Shown here: piece by piece, positions 11,002 through 23,200 of the stretch
Position numbering within the stretch: position 1 is the stretch's first letter
Layout: each line of letters starts with the position of its first letter
Assembly: GCA_002633005.1 (NCBI GenBank)
Contig: NMRA01000077.1
Coordinates: forward strand, 558,001-622,000
Direction of reading: 5' to 3'
DNA: 64,000 bases
Origin: Phoronis australis
Taxonomy: Eukaryota; Animalia; Phoronida
The notes under the pieces: generated by a model
What the model was told of the DNA's origin: nothing
The model's input: only the letters and a program-made list of their open reading frames with translations
Databases searched by the model: none
Made by a program: the position numbers and the translations under genes

Positions 11002-14000
11002 TAGCTACTTCATTCCAGCTCTTACAAACACCTAACATTCACCAACTGATGAACATGCCTGGCTGTCTGTCTTTTTAGTGGCTATGAAGCTTTCCGACAA
11101 AAAGGAGTAACTATCCATTTAGACCATTTACTGTTGTAAAATTCTTCTTGATTTGGTACTTATTCAGATAAGAAGTGGTATCAGGATTTCGAAGAATTGA
11201 CGAGGTGGGATTGACCTGGCTGGTGGTTTGGGACAGCGCCAAAGTGTAAAACGACAACGAAATGCCATTTCTTCCAAACCCCGGCACTTAGAAATTTGAA
11301 TTCTTTTCTGAGTAAGGAATAGTTTGAGACCAGTTTTATAATGGCAAATGGTGTAAATTAAGTTACTTTTTGACAAAACTCACCTGTTTGTGTCAACTTA
11401 GTGTCAATACGCAGTTCGTCCACACATTTGAATTAGTAGACAACGTGACTTCCTGCTTGGTTCAATCAATTGGTTCAGTGGTATTCAGCTTTGAAAAACT
11501 TGTAATACTGCTTCAGACATAAAGTTTGGCTTTTGGGTTGATACCAACACGTTGACTTTCCAGATGTTTTACTGTGAGTCGACAATTTCAATTCTGCCAC
11601 CAGTCAAGAACCATGCAAATAATTGTAGCCGTTCTGGAAATGAAAATGGCAAGCAAAGTTGTTTTTAACGTCCGTGTTTGCTTAAATCCATCCGAAATAT
11701 AGTACCTGAGGTTCTGATTATTACTTTTATTTTTATTAAACTAGTATATCAAAGTGCATTTAGAATGCGATGCCCCATCATGTGGTAAACCCATATTTCA
11801 CTCGATGCCTATTAAAACAAGTTGACGTGGAGGGCACTAATAGCGGTATTCCTCGGCTACTTAAGTTAAATTGGACATATAGTCATTAAATCTATGAAGT
11901 GGTCCACTTAGTTAAAATCGGTTGCCACATGCGTGGTCCTGGCTTACCCTGGTTTTGACCTTTAAGTTTTCTCACACATTCAAACAACATAGTATTGAGG
12001 AGTTCTCTATTGAAAATGGGGTTGGTAGTTTATAATTATAGGTATTATTTACCTTCAACTCCTCTTGCCAAAACTACCCTGGCTCAATATTTGATTTTTT
12101 CTCAGTAAAGGTTTACCAAAAATTGGTTTTTCATTGCTTCCCTTGCACCGCTGCTGCGCTGCACTGTTATGAGAGTGATTTTTCAGAAGTCGGGATAACC
12201 AAAAGCAACATCAAAATGAGGATCGAGCTGTTTACTGTAGGGATAAGACGTTTCCTTGGATCAGTGAACTCGAGAATTTTCGGGTAGCATTTGTTAGGGT
12301 GACGGTGAAGTTTAGCAATGTCTAAAAGCTCAAATAATTGATTTTCGTTTGAAACACAAACGTCAGTAATGAGATATGGATAAACTACGATTCACTTTGA
12401 AATGAATGAAAGATAAAATTGTCGGTTCCAACCTGTTTTCCATCGAGTTAATGATTTGAGAGCACTGCTCACGGCCAAAATCGTTATCAAAATATTCTGG
12501 AAAATAATGCCAGAGGTCGATGAATTTGTAAATGGGAAACGAGATATTCAGCATATGCACAAATGTGGACCCGTGCCAAGAACATGTGTTTGCATTATTG
12601 CATACAGTAACAAATGTTTATAATACAGGAGTGGCTGCCAAATGTTCTCGTTTAGTGTCCGTCTATACTTATCAGCACACTAAGAAGCCTCTTTTAAACA
12701 TGATGATTGTCAGCTTTCCTTTAATGAATCAGTGATTTTTTTGCTGATTTCACAGTATGTGTCCCCTCCTTTACACGCAAAAATAATACGGTATTCATTT
12801 CCGGTAGATTCTGCTGATATAGAGTAGTGGGAGACTAGTACTAACTGAGACTAGACGACTCCGACTTTATTCTGCCTCACGGTTGGTGATAGAAATAATG
12901 TCAAATGATTTAGCAACGAAGGCTGGTCCTCTTTCAACAAAGGCACAGATTGGTCTTCTCATCAAAATCAGTATTTTTTGTTGATGTCAGTTGAGTATCG
13001 GCAACATATCTATAATCGCGTAATTACCGCGTTAGTGTTAGTTCGTAGTCAATGCGTAGCACTGACGGATGCGGCACCTTTCAGCCTAGTCAGTTCACGT
13101 GACCTTCCAACAGGTAGTCAGTGCGGTCAGGACTTGACTGCATTTTTACTTGTACAAAGTAGATTGCGTGCTGGAGGCAGTAACGAGGATAGCCTAATCA
13201 TATCTTACGGATAAAAATTGTAGAATCCACTTGACCAACAAATTGAACGGATTCTTAAGTTACTGGATGTTTTTGTTGCTCCAGGGGCCAACTAGACTAC
13301 TGTGGAGTCGCTCTTTTATTTTACCCTAAAATATTCTGCATTCTTTCCAACATAAATAATATCCAGATTTATTCTAATTTATCGTTTACGACACAAAAAC
13401 AGGAGTAGAAGCCCGTTGCATTCCCCCCCTTTGGTTGAAGAAGTTGAATTTTGATGTACGGTAGACCACTCTCTACTATAGATTGGTCTCACCTTGCTCA
13501 TTACTCAGAAGCCAAGTGATTTTGGCCGTGCTAAGAATTAACTGTTGGTACACCTTGTTCGCCGAATGATGCAGTGTGACTTGTCATCTTGGCGAGCCTC
13601 GTCTTGAACATGCGAAATGTACTTTCTTCCCAATCCCAGAACTCACGACTATTTTGACAATAAAGACCAATTTCATAACGGTAGTGGTCTTAAATCAAAA
13701 ATTGGGTCTCGTAAAGAGCGGCAGGTTTATAGCCACTTTAAAGAAGTTTGTAACACCTGGACCGCAGTGATTCAATTAACGTTTTAAAGTACGTGCCATT
13801 CGTGCCAGTTATTCGCGTTGAACTTGATGAGTTCGTTATGGACAACTTTTCGCTGGCGATTGGTACGGTTATTAGTTGCTATTTTATAGGACGTCACCCC
13901 GGCAATACCGGATTTCCCGCTGTCCGGGGCCGCAGCCGTGTATCTTGCCAGGATATCTATAAATCATATTCCATCAGACATATTTTTCTCGTGAATGCCA

Positions 14001-15751
14001 CGTTTTAATGGTAGCATTTTTTTTTCGTTTATAGAAAATGAGCTCAATTTGTTTAGGCGAGACGATACCACCCATACTACGAAGACCGGGAAAAATACAC
14101 GCCCGAAACGACATCTGAAGGGCTAAAATAGAATTCCATCACGGTAGTTGATCAGTGAAGAACTAAATATCATTCAAAGATGCGTGTATGTGCATTTTTG
14201 TCGGCACCCTCATCATCGAAACATAGTGACGTACGTTCTTGCGTAAATGCCTGGCTATGCACCCCTGTGCCTACTGTTAGTGTTCAACAATTCTTATAAA
14301 GTTGGATTCGACTGTCTTCAAATTTATTCACCGCGATGGTCGACTCCCTAAAGAATCCCAATAGTGCCATTTTGAAGTGAAGAAAAATATTTTGTTATTT
14401 GGGGGCCGGCAGAAAATGAAATATTTTTCCTGGTAGCCGCCAATCGGGAGGGAGATCGGAGGTCCTAGGACTACCTGTCGTTTGAAGAAAGTCAACTGTG
14501 AACACTCGTCAGGCCAAAGTCCCGCCCACACACAGCCTACCCCAGAACAGTTTGCATTAATGCANCACACATCCGATAACTGGGGTAAGAGGGAAGTTGT
14601 CACCCTTTTGCGTGACAATGAACACCTAATGCCAATACGGCGCGCAACAAAAAACCCGTCTGCCTGTAAACATAGCTGATAGTTACTTGCTCCCTACCCA
14701 CTTTTGCGGCAACACAGCCTTTACAAAAATACCGTGTACACACAGCCTACCCCACAACAACTTGCACTATTGCAACTTGCCCCACTTATAAGTCTTGGGG
14801 CTACGCTCAATTTGGCCCATAGTGACAGCACGTGATTAGTCACAATATTAGCATTCCGCGCATAGTATGATAATTTCTCGAAATGTCTCCTCAGTTGATT
14901 TGCATTCTGGTCACGCGTCTTACCTGCCTTTTCAGAAGTACCACACTAATTATAGCAATGATTGACGAATCCCTCTGCAATCTCACACGTTGGTGGAACC
15001 GATCACTTGGCGGCGATTCAAGACGATAAAATTCAAATTAAATTGATTATTGTGTATGTGACACATGGAAACGAATTATCATCTTCTATTCGGATACAAA
15101 TAGTACCCAAAGCTGCGTGTCTTTCTTTGCATTTACTCACAATAATGGCGGGAAATTTTTTAATCCAGATGTTCTCAGAAAAGTCCGTACCGTTGGGTAT
15201 AAAATTTCAACGACCTCAACGTATTGTTTTTGTAACTTATAGCATCTCGTGAGGGCATGCCTAATTTTAATTATAATTATTTCAAAACCAATCAAAATGG
15301 TAAAAAACAAAGATTCAGAAACTTTATTTGTGGAATAACAGTGTTAGCCAACCGTGGCGGCAAAGCCATGCCAAAGAGGTACCAAAATTACTGTAGAGAA
15401 CTTTCGTACCCATGAGACTAACTGCAGTGAACTAAAATACTAGCATACACAGATTCAGTCAAAGGGTCACCGACCAATCAACTAATATTTTCCTAACTGT
15501 TTTCAGGGCCTGGGGTTTAATCTATGTACTCAAAGTCGGAATCGAAATTAATGTTTACATTTTCCGTTCTGCTCTACCTGTACAATGGACTTAATATAAG
15601 TGTCTCTATCATTCTGTACTGGGGTATAGTACAGTTTACCTGGATGACTGCCGAATCCTAGATTGCTCTTGATAATGCCGTAATTAAAGTTACAAGTTCA
15701 AGTATAAACTAGAAATCTCGAGCTTTTACTCGATTTCATGACTTTAATTTA

Positions 15752-15946
15752 ACAGTTACCAAGTTAAAGCTTGGACTAAAAACTCATCTGCGTGTACCAC
15801 AGTTTATTCGAGAACAGTTACCAAGTTAAAGCTTGGACTAAAAACTCATCTGCGTGTACCACAGTTTATTCGAGCACAGTTACCAAGTTAAAGCTTGGAC
15901 TAAAAACTCATCTGCGTGTATCACAGTTTATTCGAGCACAGTTACC
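15752..15946. repeat. 62-bp tandem repeat, 3 copies plus a partial
   Basis: Unit acagttaccaagttaaagcttgg...agtttattcgag(a/c). Confidence 0.95.
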
Positions 15947-17018
15947 TTGAAATTGTATAAAAGCAGGATGAAATAGGTACAAGTTCTATCATGTGTTTAG
16001 AGATAAGACCCTAGGCCCTGTTTTATCACCGTAGTCATTTTGACAAGATAATTTCAATCTCATCTGTTATTACAGTTTTCACACTTGATGACAAAAACCG
16101 TCGAAACTTGCCCAAATGAATTTTAATGCGAGCAGACAAAAAATTGGAATGACGTACTTTTATAGGTAACAGTAAAAATTAACTTCCTTCAAGTTGCTCC
16201 AACAATTGATAATCTAGACGGTTTATTAATCTACCTCTTCCAGTTATCTATGAAGGCTACTGTCGCCTGCTAATTGTGTACCACTATTGTTGCATAACTC
16301 ACAGTTGCATTTCATAAAAAGCGCGAACAGTATTGAGCCTTGAAGGTTGTCTCAGGCCTTCTTTGCAAAAGTTAAAAACACCGAATGATTTTCCTCAATC
16401 TCGGAAATATGTCAATAAACTGAAACTTTTCGCAAATAACGCGTGTATTACTGTCGATTTCACAAAAACTACCCATCGCAGGCTACTTGGGGCATATCTG
16501 AACAAACTTTATATTCTTAAAATTATACTTAATAAAGCACCGATAAGAAGTTCATCTCCTTCAAAAATTTTCCGTTAGTTATGACTGAAAACATTTGCGT
16601 TTTGAATCGTTCCGCGACCTTTCATCGACAGATAATTCTTTGTTTTTTGATAAAATTTTAGATAGACCTTTTACCAAGACTGTGCGGCAATATAACAACT
16701 ACCGTCAGCTATGTTTTAATATTAAAATCTTGAAGGGTCTACTACAGACAGCCTAAACATTTTTGATTGAACGTTTAGGTTGCCATAACGCAAGGCCTTG
16801 TTGTTTCCAAGACAATCGGTGGCATACAACGCGATTTAAGATCAGAAAGCTTCGTTGCTGTGTCTTCATGGTCTGTACCGCGACTGATTTGGAGACCTGC
16901 GCTCACCAAAAAAAAGCAGCCACCCCCATCAATTTTAACCATGTTCTCGTGTGTTTTTTGTTGAAAAGCTGCCGCAAAGGCGCATAAGTAAGGGTAAGTA
17001 GGTTTAAACGCCACTGAA

Positions 17019-17095
17019 GATTTGAGAAGCGATGATTTGAGAAGCGATGATTTGAGAAGCGATGATTTGAGAAGCGATTATTTGAGAAGCGATGA
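17019..17095. repeat. 15-bp tandem repeat GATTTGAGAAGCGAT, 5 copies
   Basis: Seen directly. Confidence 0.95.
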
Positions 17096-17236
17096 AGAAA
17101 ATCCCGCGTTTTAGTATGTCTCAAGTCGGGTAGATTTTTATGTTTTTGAAAAAGTGAGCATCTAAGGTAAAAGCAGTCACTACAATAATTTTCTTATATA
17201 AAACGCCATCGCTACTTGTATTGCTACAAAATGTTT

Positions 17237-17394
17237 CAGTGGCGGATTTAGAGGGGGGCCAAGGGGCCATATCCCCCCCAAAATACCCCAGACTCCATTT
17301 GGCAGTTCGGGGGGGGGGTGCAAATGTCTGACGGGCAAATTCCAGGCTAATACTCTACCCTGCCCCCCAACTCAAAATCCTGGATCCGCCCTTG
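17237..17394. mobile_element. Short GC-rich MITE (CAGTGGCGGAT...ATCCGCCCTTG)
   Basis: Imperfect TIRs with G/C homopolymer tracts. Lies ~750 bp upstream of the ERG ATG. Confidence 0.6.
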
Positions 17395-17749
17395 TGTTTT
17401 TATCAAGTGTAAATTCCATGGGTAGGCTAAGGGAAAATATATGTTATGTTCGGTTTTCGGATCCACTGAGGTTTTTCTATAGGCACTAACATACCAGTAA
17501 ACAATTCTATAGGCACTATCATACCAGCAGACAGTTCTGATATGCTTAGATTTCATTAGCTCCGAAAGTATTAAATGAACACAAAAATCAGCAATACGTA
17601 GGCCTATACATTAAGAGTCGGCGAATTTGATTCTCGCTACCCACGAGGCCGGTTTTTTGTATTTTCAAAGTACTTTAAGACCATATCAAAAAAAATTGAC
17701 GAGAGTCTCAAATTCTTAGATGGTGCTCTTACGTATGCCTTTGTAATTT

Positions 17750-18140
17750 TGATTGATTTTTTGTCAGTACTTTTGGGCGAATTTATGATTGTTGTATTGG
17801 CTGCGAGAAAAACAGCAGTCAGAACCCTAAGATCATTCCGTATGCCCGGCGCCTGAGTGGAGGCACCGAGTTTTGGAAACTTTCAAAACCAAGCCTCCAG
17901 ACATCTGTCCTCTTCCACTTAAAGTAGAGACAAAGTGCACAACAGAACACGTAATCGTTAATATAGATTTATCACGTTTATTTAATAAGGGAGAGAAACG
18001 TTCGATTTCTTCTCTCTCGTTGCACATATTGACATTTTCACACGCCAAGGGAGTGAAACAGAACAGCCAATTCATTCTGCAGTAAATATGCCAGTAAAAG
18101 CGAATGTGTTTCGTGCGTGCGGGTAACAAAGTCGGATAAA
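17750..18140 (+). promoter_or_regulatory. Probable promoter and 5' UTR of the ERG channel gene
   Basis: CpG-retaining region directly upstream of the ERG ATG, with an inverted CCAAT (ATTGG) near 17795 and short uORFs at 17842, 18088 and 18104. The TSS is not determinable. Confidence 0.45.
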
Positions 18141-18216
18141 ATGCCTGTTCGGCGGGGACATGTTGCCCCTCAAAATACCTTCATAGACACCATTATAAGG
18201 AAATTCGACGGGCAAA
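18141..18216 (+). CDS. KCNH2: ERG-family voltage-gated potassium channel (KCNH2/6/7 co-ortholog), first coding exon (PAS-cap)
   Basis: aaaATG context and a strong donor CAAA|gtgagt, 76 nt, phase 1. Translates [25 protein letters not shown] against human h[28 protein letters not shown]. Too short to appear in the ORF track. Confidence 0.96.
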
Positions 18217-19048
18217 GTGAGTATCTTTTGAAGTCATCATTAGAGGTGATTTTAACGTTCTAATGGCCTACGGTCTTCGCGATGACTTGAGTTCGTTCGT
18301 CGTGTGTTGCTCTCGGGGCTGACTATATTAGAGTAGGCCTATCGTCTGCAGTGCCGACGTACGCGAACACACACGTTTTTGAGTGGTAGTTCTAGATGTC
18401 TGGTAAAGTCCTGAAGCGAACACCGCACATTAGCTGGGGAACGAGGGAAAGTTGGATTAATATTAGATGAAGTGGTGTTTATCTCGAGGGACATGATCAG
18501 TCTTGGAAAGTCTCAACGCCCTAGCCTAATGCCCCAAATCACTCAGTCATGGTTCGTGCCGTGGTTTTGTTAATGACACCGTGTTTATTCTCCTGCAGAA
18601 AGACTTGTGTTGTGCCAAGTATTTATTTTAGTGGCACATTCAGTCAAACTTATGTAGTTAAACGTAATGATCATCTGGGGATTAAGTGATTTGAAGAATA
18701 GCACGTTACTCAACCGTTTGTGTGGTTCAATTCTAATCGCTCAGCTATAATGTATGTGCAATAGAAAACAAAATAAAGTTATGGTGTACAATACAAATTA
18801 CATCCAAGCATGATGCTTTTGTGTATGTATTCACAAGTATGTTTTAAAAAAACAAACTCCACCAAAAGCAACTGGGTACAGAATATGTGTTTAGTCATTG
18901 GAACAAACCTGTGGGAACAAACCTGTGGAACAAATTAATCTATTAATAGTTGCATGAGAACCTATGTAGCTGTTGAATTTCTGTTTCCCTGTTTACTGTT
19001 GTATAAAGCCTCTCTAAATCCTTTGCCAAGTAGCAATTGCCTCTTGGC

Positions 19049-19115
19049 CAAATGGTTTGGATGCTCTGCTCTCATGTTGATAGTCTGCGTTCAATACCCT
19101 ACATCAGCATGTGGA
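19049..19115 (+). mobile_element. Degenerate tRNA-derived SINE head
   Basis: A-box-like TGGCCAAATGG and B-box-like GTTCAATACC at tRNA-like spacing. No intact cloverleaf. Confidence 0.4.
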
Positions 19116-19858
19116 TTTTTCTACATACTGTAGCAGGGTAGTCCGGCAGAGAGACGCAGGGTGACATCGTCCCCCAAGTTTTTTAGCCATGGATGTATAT
19201 GTATTCACTCAACATTTTTTACCATGTTGTAGCTTAATTTCCTTTATTTTTCTTTTCTGGAAAAGCCTAAGAATCCTTTATGTAAAACAATTCTTTGTAT
19301 TTATTCTTGGATTCTGTTCAATGTTTAGTTGTCCCTCAACCAAACGACTTCACCACTGACATATTGTTCAGTCTTGCTCTTTACATGTTTCTATAATTTA
19401 CATGTTCTATAATTTACATGTTTCTATAATTTGCTATTTTGCCTTTAGTCTTGTCTGTTTTGGAGATGATGCTATTCAGTGATGTCAACAGCCACTATGG
19501 AAGGAATGATGCAAAATTTGATTCATAGCACAACCACATTGTGCAGTTAAACTAAAAAAAAATGTATGAGCTTCAGTTGTATATTTGTTCACTGTACTTG
19601 TTTGAGTTCATGCCCATCTTCGTCTTTATGCCAATCCCCGTGCAAACTTCTAAATTTTCACTTTCAGCTGCCTGTGCTCTGTTAAGCACTCACCCACAAT
19701 TTATCTGATCGAGAGTTTTTTGAACATCCATCTCACAAAACAAAAATTTTAGCACCCAAAATATTCAGATATCATTCACCTTGGGATAATGAACAGTTAT
19801 CTGAGGTTATGACGCCTTGCAGTGTTTGGGCAGAAATATACCCTATGATAATAGTCCA

Positions 19859-20295
19859 ATGAAGCTCAGCCTTATTGTCAACCACAGTAACTCTAATGCC
19901 GCCCAACTTTACAATCAACTACAATAACTCTGATGACAATAACTTTAAGAAAGCTCAGCCTTAGGGTCCACTACACTAACTCTGAAGAAGCTTAGCCTTA
20001 CAGTTGGTCCACTACAGTAATTGTTATGAAGCTTAGCCTTACAGTTGGTCTGCTACAGTAATTCTTATGAAGCTTAGCCTTACAATTGGTCCACTACAGT
20101 AATTCTTATGAAGCTTAGCTTTTTGGTGAACTACAGTAACTCTCATGAAACTCAGTCTTACTGTCAACTACAGTAACTCAAATGAAGTTTAGCTTTACAG
20201 TAGACTACAGTTAAACTCCAATGAAGCTAATAGCTTTTCAGGTGACTGCAGTAACGCTTATGAAGCGCAGCCTTATGGTCGACTACCGTAACTTT
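19859..20295. repeat. Degenerate ~40-44-bp minisatellite, about 10 copies
   Basis: Recurring atgaagcttagcctt...actacagtaa. Confidence 0.85.
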
Positions 20296-23200
20296 GACTT
20301 ACCCATGTTCTTGTTAGTGATGCATTCGACTCATCAGATAAGTCGAATTTCACATCAGTTCGATCTCATGGTGGTATTGTATTCAACTTGTGCATTCTGT
20401 TGCATAGTAAAACTTCTATTCTGATAGCCTAGGCCAATAACTCTGTTTGCTATACAACTGTTAGCAAAAAGACCCAAGTTCCTCTACAGGCAGTAAATTA
20501 TTGATTTGATTAAAAAGTTGTCTGACATATTCTGCTGAATTTCAATCTTTACCCCACTTTTAACTTTACTTTTAAGTAGGATAGTTCCTCCTAAGTGCAG
20601 AGTGCTACATTCCATGATGACCTTCAATACACATATTCACACCCTATTCAGTCCCTTTTAAGCATTCTAGTGACAACCAAACAAACATTTTTAATATTGA
20701 TAGTACCGTATGTCTAGGTTTTTGTTTTCATGGAATAGAACGCAGTGACAAAAAGAAAGCAAAAATGCAGACTGTCTATGTTTTGTAAAGTTTTGTGATT
20801 TGTTTTTTTAATGCTTCAGCAAGAGCCAAGTTGGGCTCAAAATTTTTTCATAGACCTGTGCTCCTTTTTTGCCCAGCAATTCCATAATTATTGCTCTCTG
20901 TTTTTCTAAAATGATATCTCAAACTTTACTCACAAGAGTTGTCCATTTTTACAGTATTTCACATATGTCTAGCAAATACTTTATCTTCATTCTCGGGGGA
21001 ACTTCAAATGCGAAATATATACCATGTAACGAGAAAAAAAGATTCAACCACCTTAACAGCGTGGAAATCTATTTATTACTAATCCGAGATCAAAGGTTAC
21101 AGGGCTGTCGCTCAAACTGAATCTCCGGCGCCAGGCATAGAGCACTTCTGTATGCACCCTTAGTCCTTTTATTTACCGAGTGGCCATAATATTAAGTGTA
21201 CATAACAGAAAGTTGCCGTAGAAAACGAAGATAAAACACAGATTTCGTTTGCCTACTGTAAAATAGACAAACATACGACTGCTATTTTTTACAAAAATAC
21301 CTTACATTTTGCGAGTAAATTTGTCATAAAAACAAAACTGAATGAGTAATCGAAAATTCCGAATGTTTTTTAAAGTAAATTGTGGAGTTTTCATGTAAAA
21401 AAGGTTTCATTAAAATTGACCTAGGGGTTATGTTGCTATGAATGTACCTTTTGTAAAAATGATTTTTTTACTTAAAGACGGTGGTAGCGTAATAATAGTA
21501 GTAATGGCACATAATCTCTGATCTTTTTTAGAATATGTATACTTTACTAGTTGACATAGCTTGGTTTTTTGATATGTGTGTTTTAATGAAGGTCACTAAA
21601 TAAGGTTTGAGATAATCTTAGAGCTGCAATTTCACCCCGTTTCGTTGGGTGAAAAATGAAAATAGAATTAGGCCTTTTACTGTCATAACATTGGTTTGGT
21701 ACTATTGCTGAACACGTCAGAGTTTGTTGTACTTGACCAACCCTAAAATTGTGAATTAAAAAATGGCACATGTATGCATGTTAGAAACGGAAATAGACTT
21801 CTATTAGGGTAAGGAATATTTTGTGATCGATCTTATGAGTGACAGGTCAGTTAGATTTTTTAGCCACCTAAACAGCGAAATGCAACTTTAAGAAGCAGTC
21901 CACATGGATTTTCTTGTTTGAAAAAATCAGCAACTAAAAATGCCTTACCGCCATCGTGGTTTTCAACGCAGACCATAACTATTTATTCTTTTTTGGCCTT
22001 AGTGTCTTTGCTGTAGTACTTTAAATTAGCTGTTTAATTTAAAGTGGGTAAGTGCGTGCACTAATGCCTATCCAACTACATACTGTACATCTGCACTGTA
22101 GAGAACGTCAGCCGCTGCACACTTCTGGCACACTTGTTGGTTGCACACTAATCCCACGTGTTCAGGTTTTCAGTTGTGGAGAACACTTCCAGGTGTCATA
22201 TGTTGTTCTGGATTTCAAATGTATGGCTGCATTCCCTTCCCATGTATTTGGAAGTGAAGTACCCTTCTTTAATTTGTGACACTCAGGTGAGGGGGNGTGA
22301 ACACTAGTCAACTAGTCATTCATCATCTTGGCCTATAAACATTTGTTGCTAACAAAAGCTGAAAGGCAATTTTTCAATTAGCATGATACACTTACACTGC
22401 AGATCAATGATTTACAGAGAAGGAACAAAGTAATGTGTTTGTAGGATCAGCTGAATCAGATGAAAATATGTCCAATCAGCTGAAAATATGCCCTGGAATA
22501 TGCATCACTTATCGGAATAAACAATTGGCCTGGCCTGGAACTTTAAATGAAATAACTATGCCTTACTAAATATTATAAAGCTATTTTCTTTTTTTGGCTA
22601 TTGTCTGATGTGAATTTGAAGCTAACAATGACATATGTGGAACATCTGTTATTAACAGCACATGTGAGATAGTGAATGGTACTTGGTGGACAAGACTCAC
22701 CTATTCTTAATACCATGCTTCTGACCACCTGGTGGCCTCCAACAAAACTACGGTTATATGTTGTCTTAAACAATTTTTCCTCCTGGTGGGTTGTGCTATG
22801 GAATAGCTTACCAGTGCACCTAATCATGTCAATGAACTTAATAGGGAGTGGAACACCAAGTTGCAACCATGGTACATCTGTTAATCAATCTGACAATTGA
22901 ATGAAGCTTCAGTTGATTTGAATGGGTTAGTAATCTATGAATAGACTCAAAGACTGGACACTGTGGACATACCACTGTGTCTAATAACCAGAATGGTTAT
23001 TTTTTCTGTTACTTCTAGGTCCCTTTGTGATCCATTGGTAACAGATTTAGTGTAAATTATGATGGGGAACACACTGAAGAGAATCTGTTATTGTAGTAGA
23101 TATGCAGGGGACATTCTGTATATTGACTTTGTGCTTGTGGGGCATCCCAACTGTGGCCTACCTGTGCATCTTAATTATAGTCACTTCTTCATCCTGACCA

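Noticed and set aside
16080-16115. Hammerhead-like ttgatgac...gtcgaaac
   Set aside because: The core is incomplete and stems I and III are not supported.
19049-19115. Possible tRNA gene
   Set aside because: A- and B-box-like motifs are present, but there is no intact acceptor or anticodon stem; treated as a SINE remnant.
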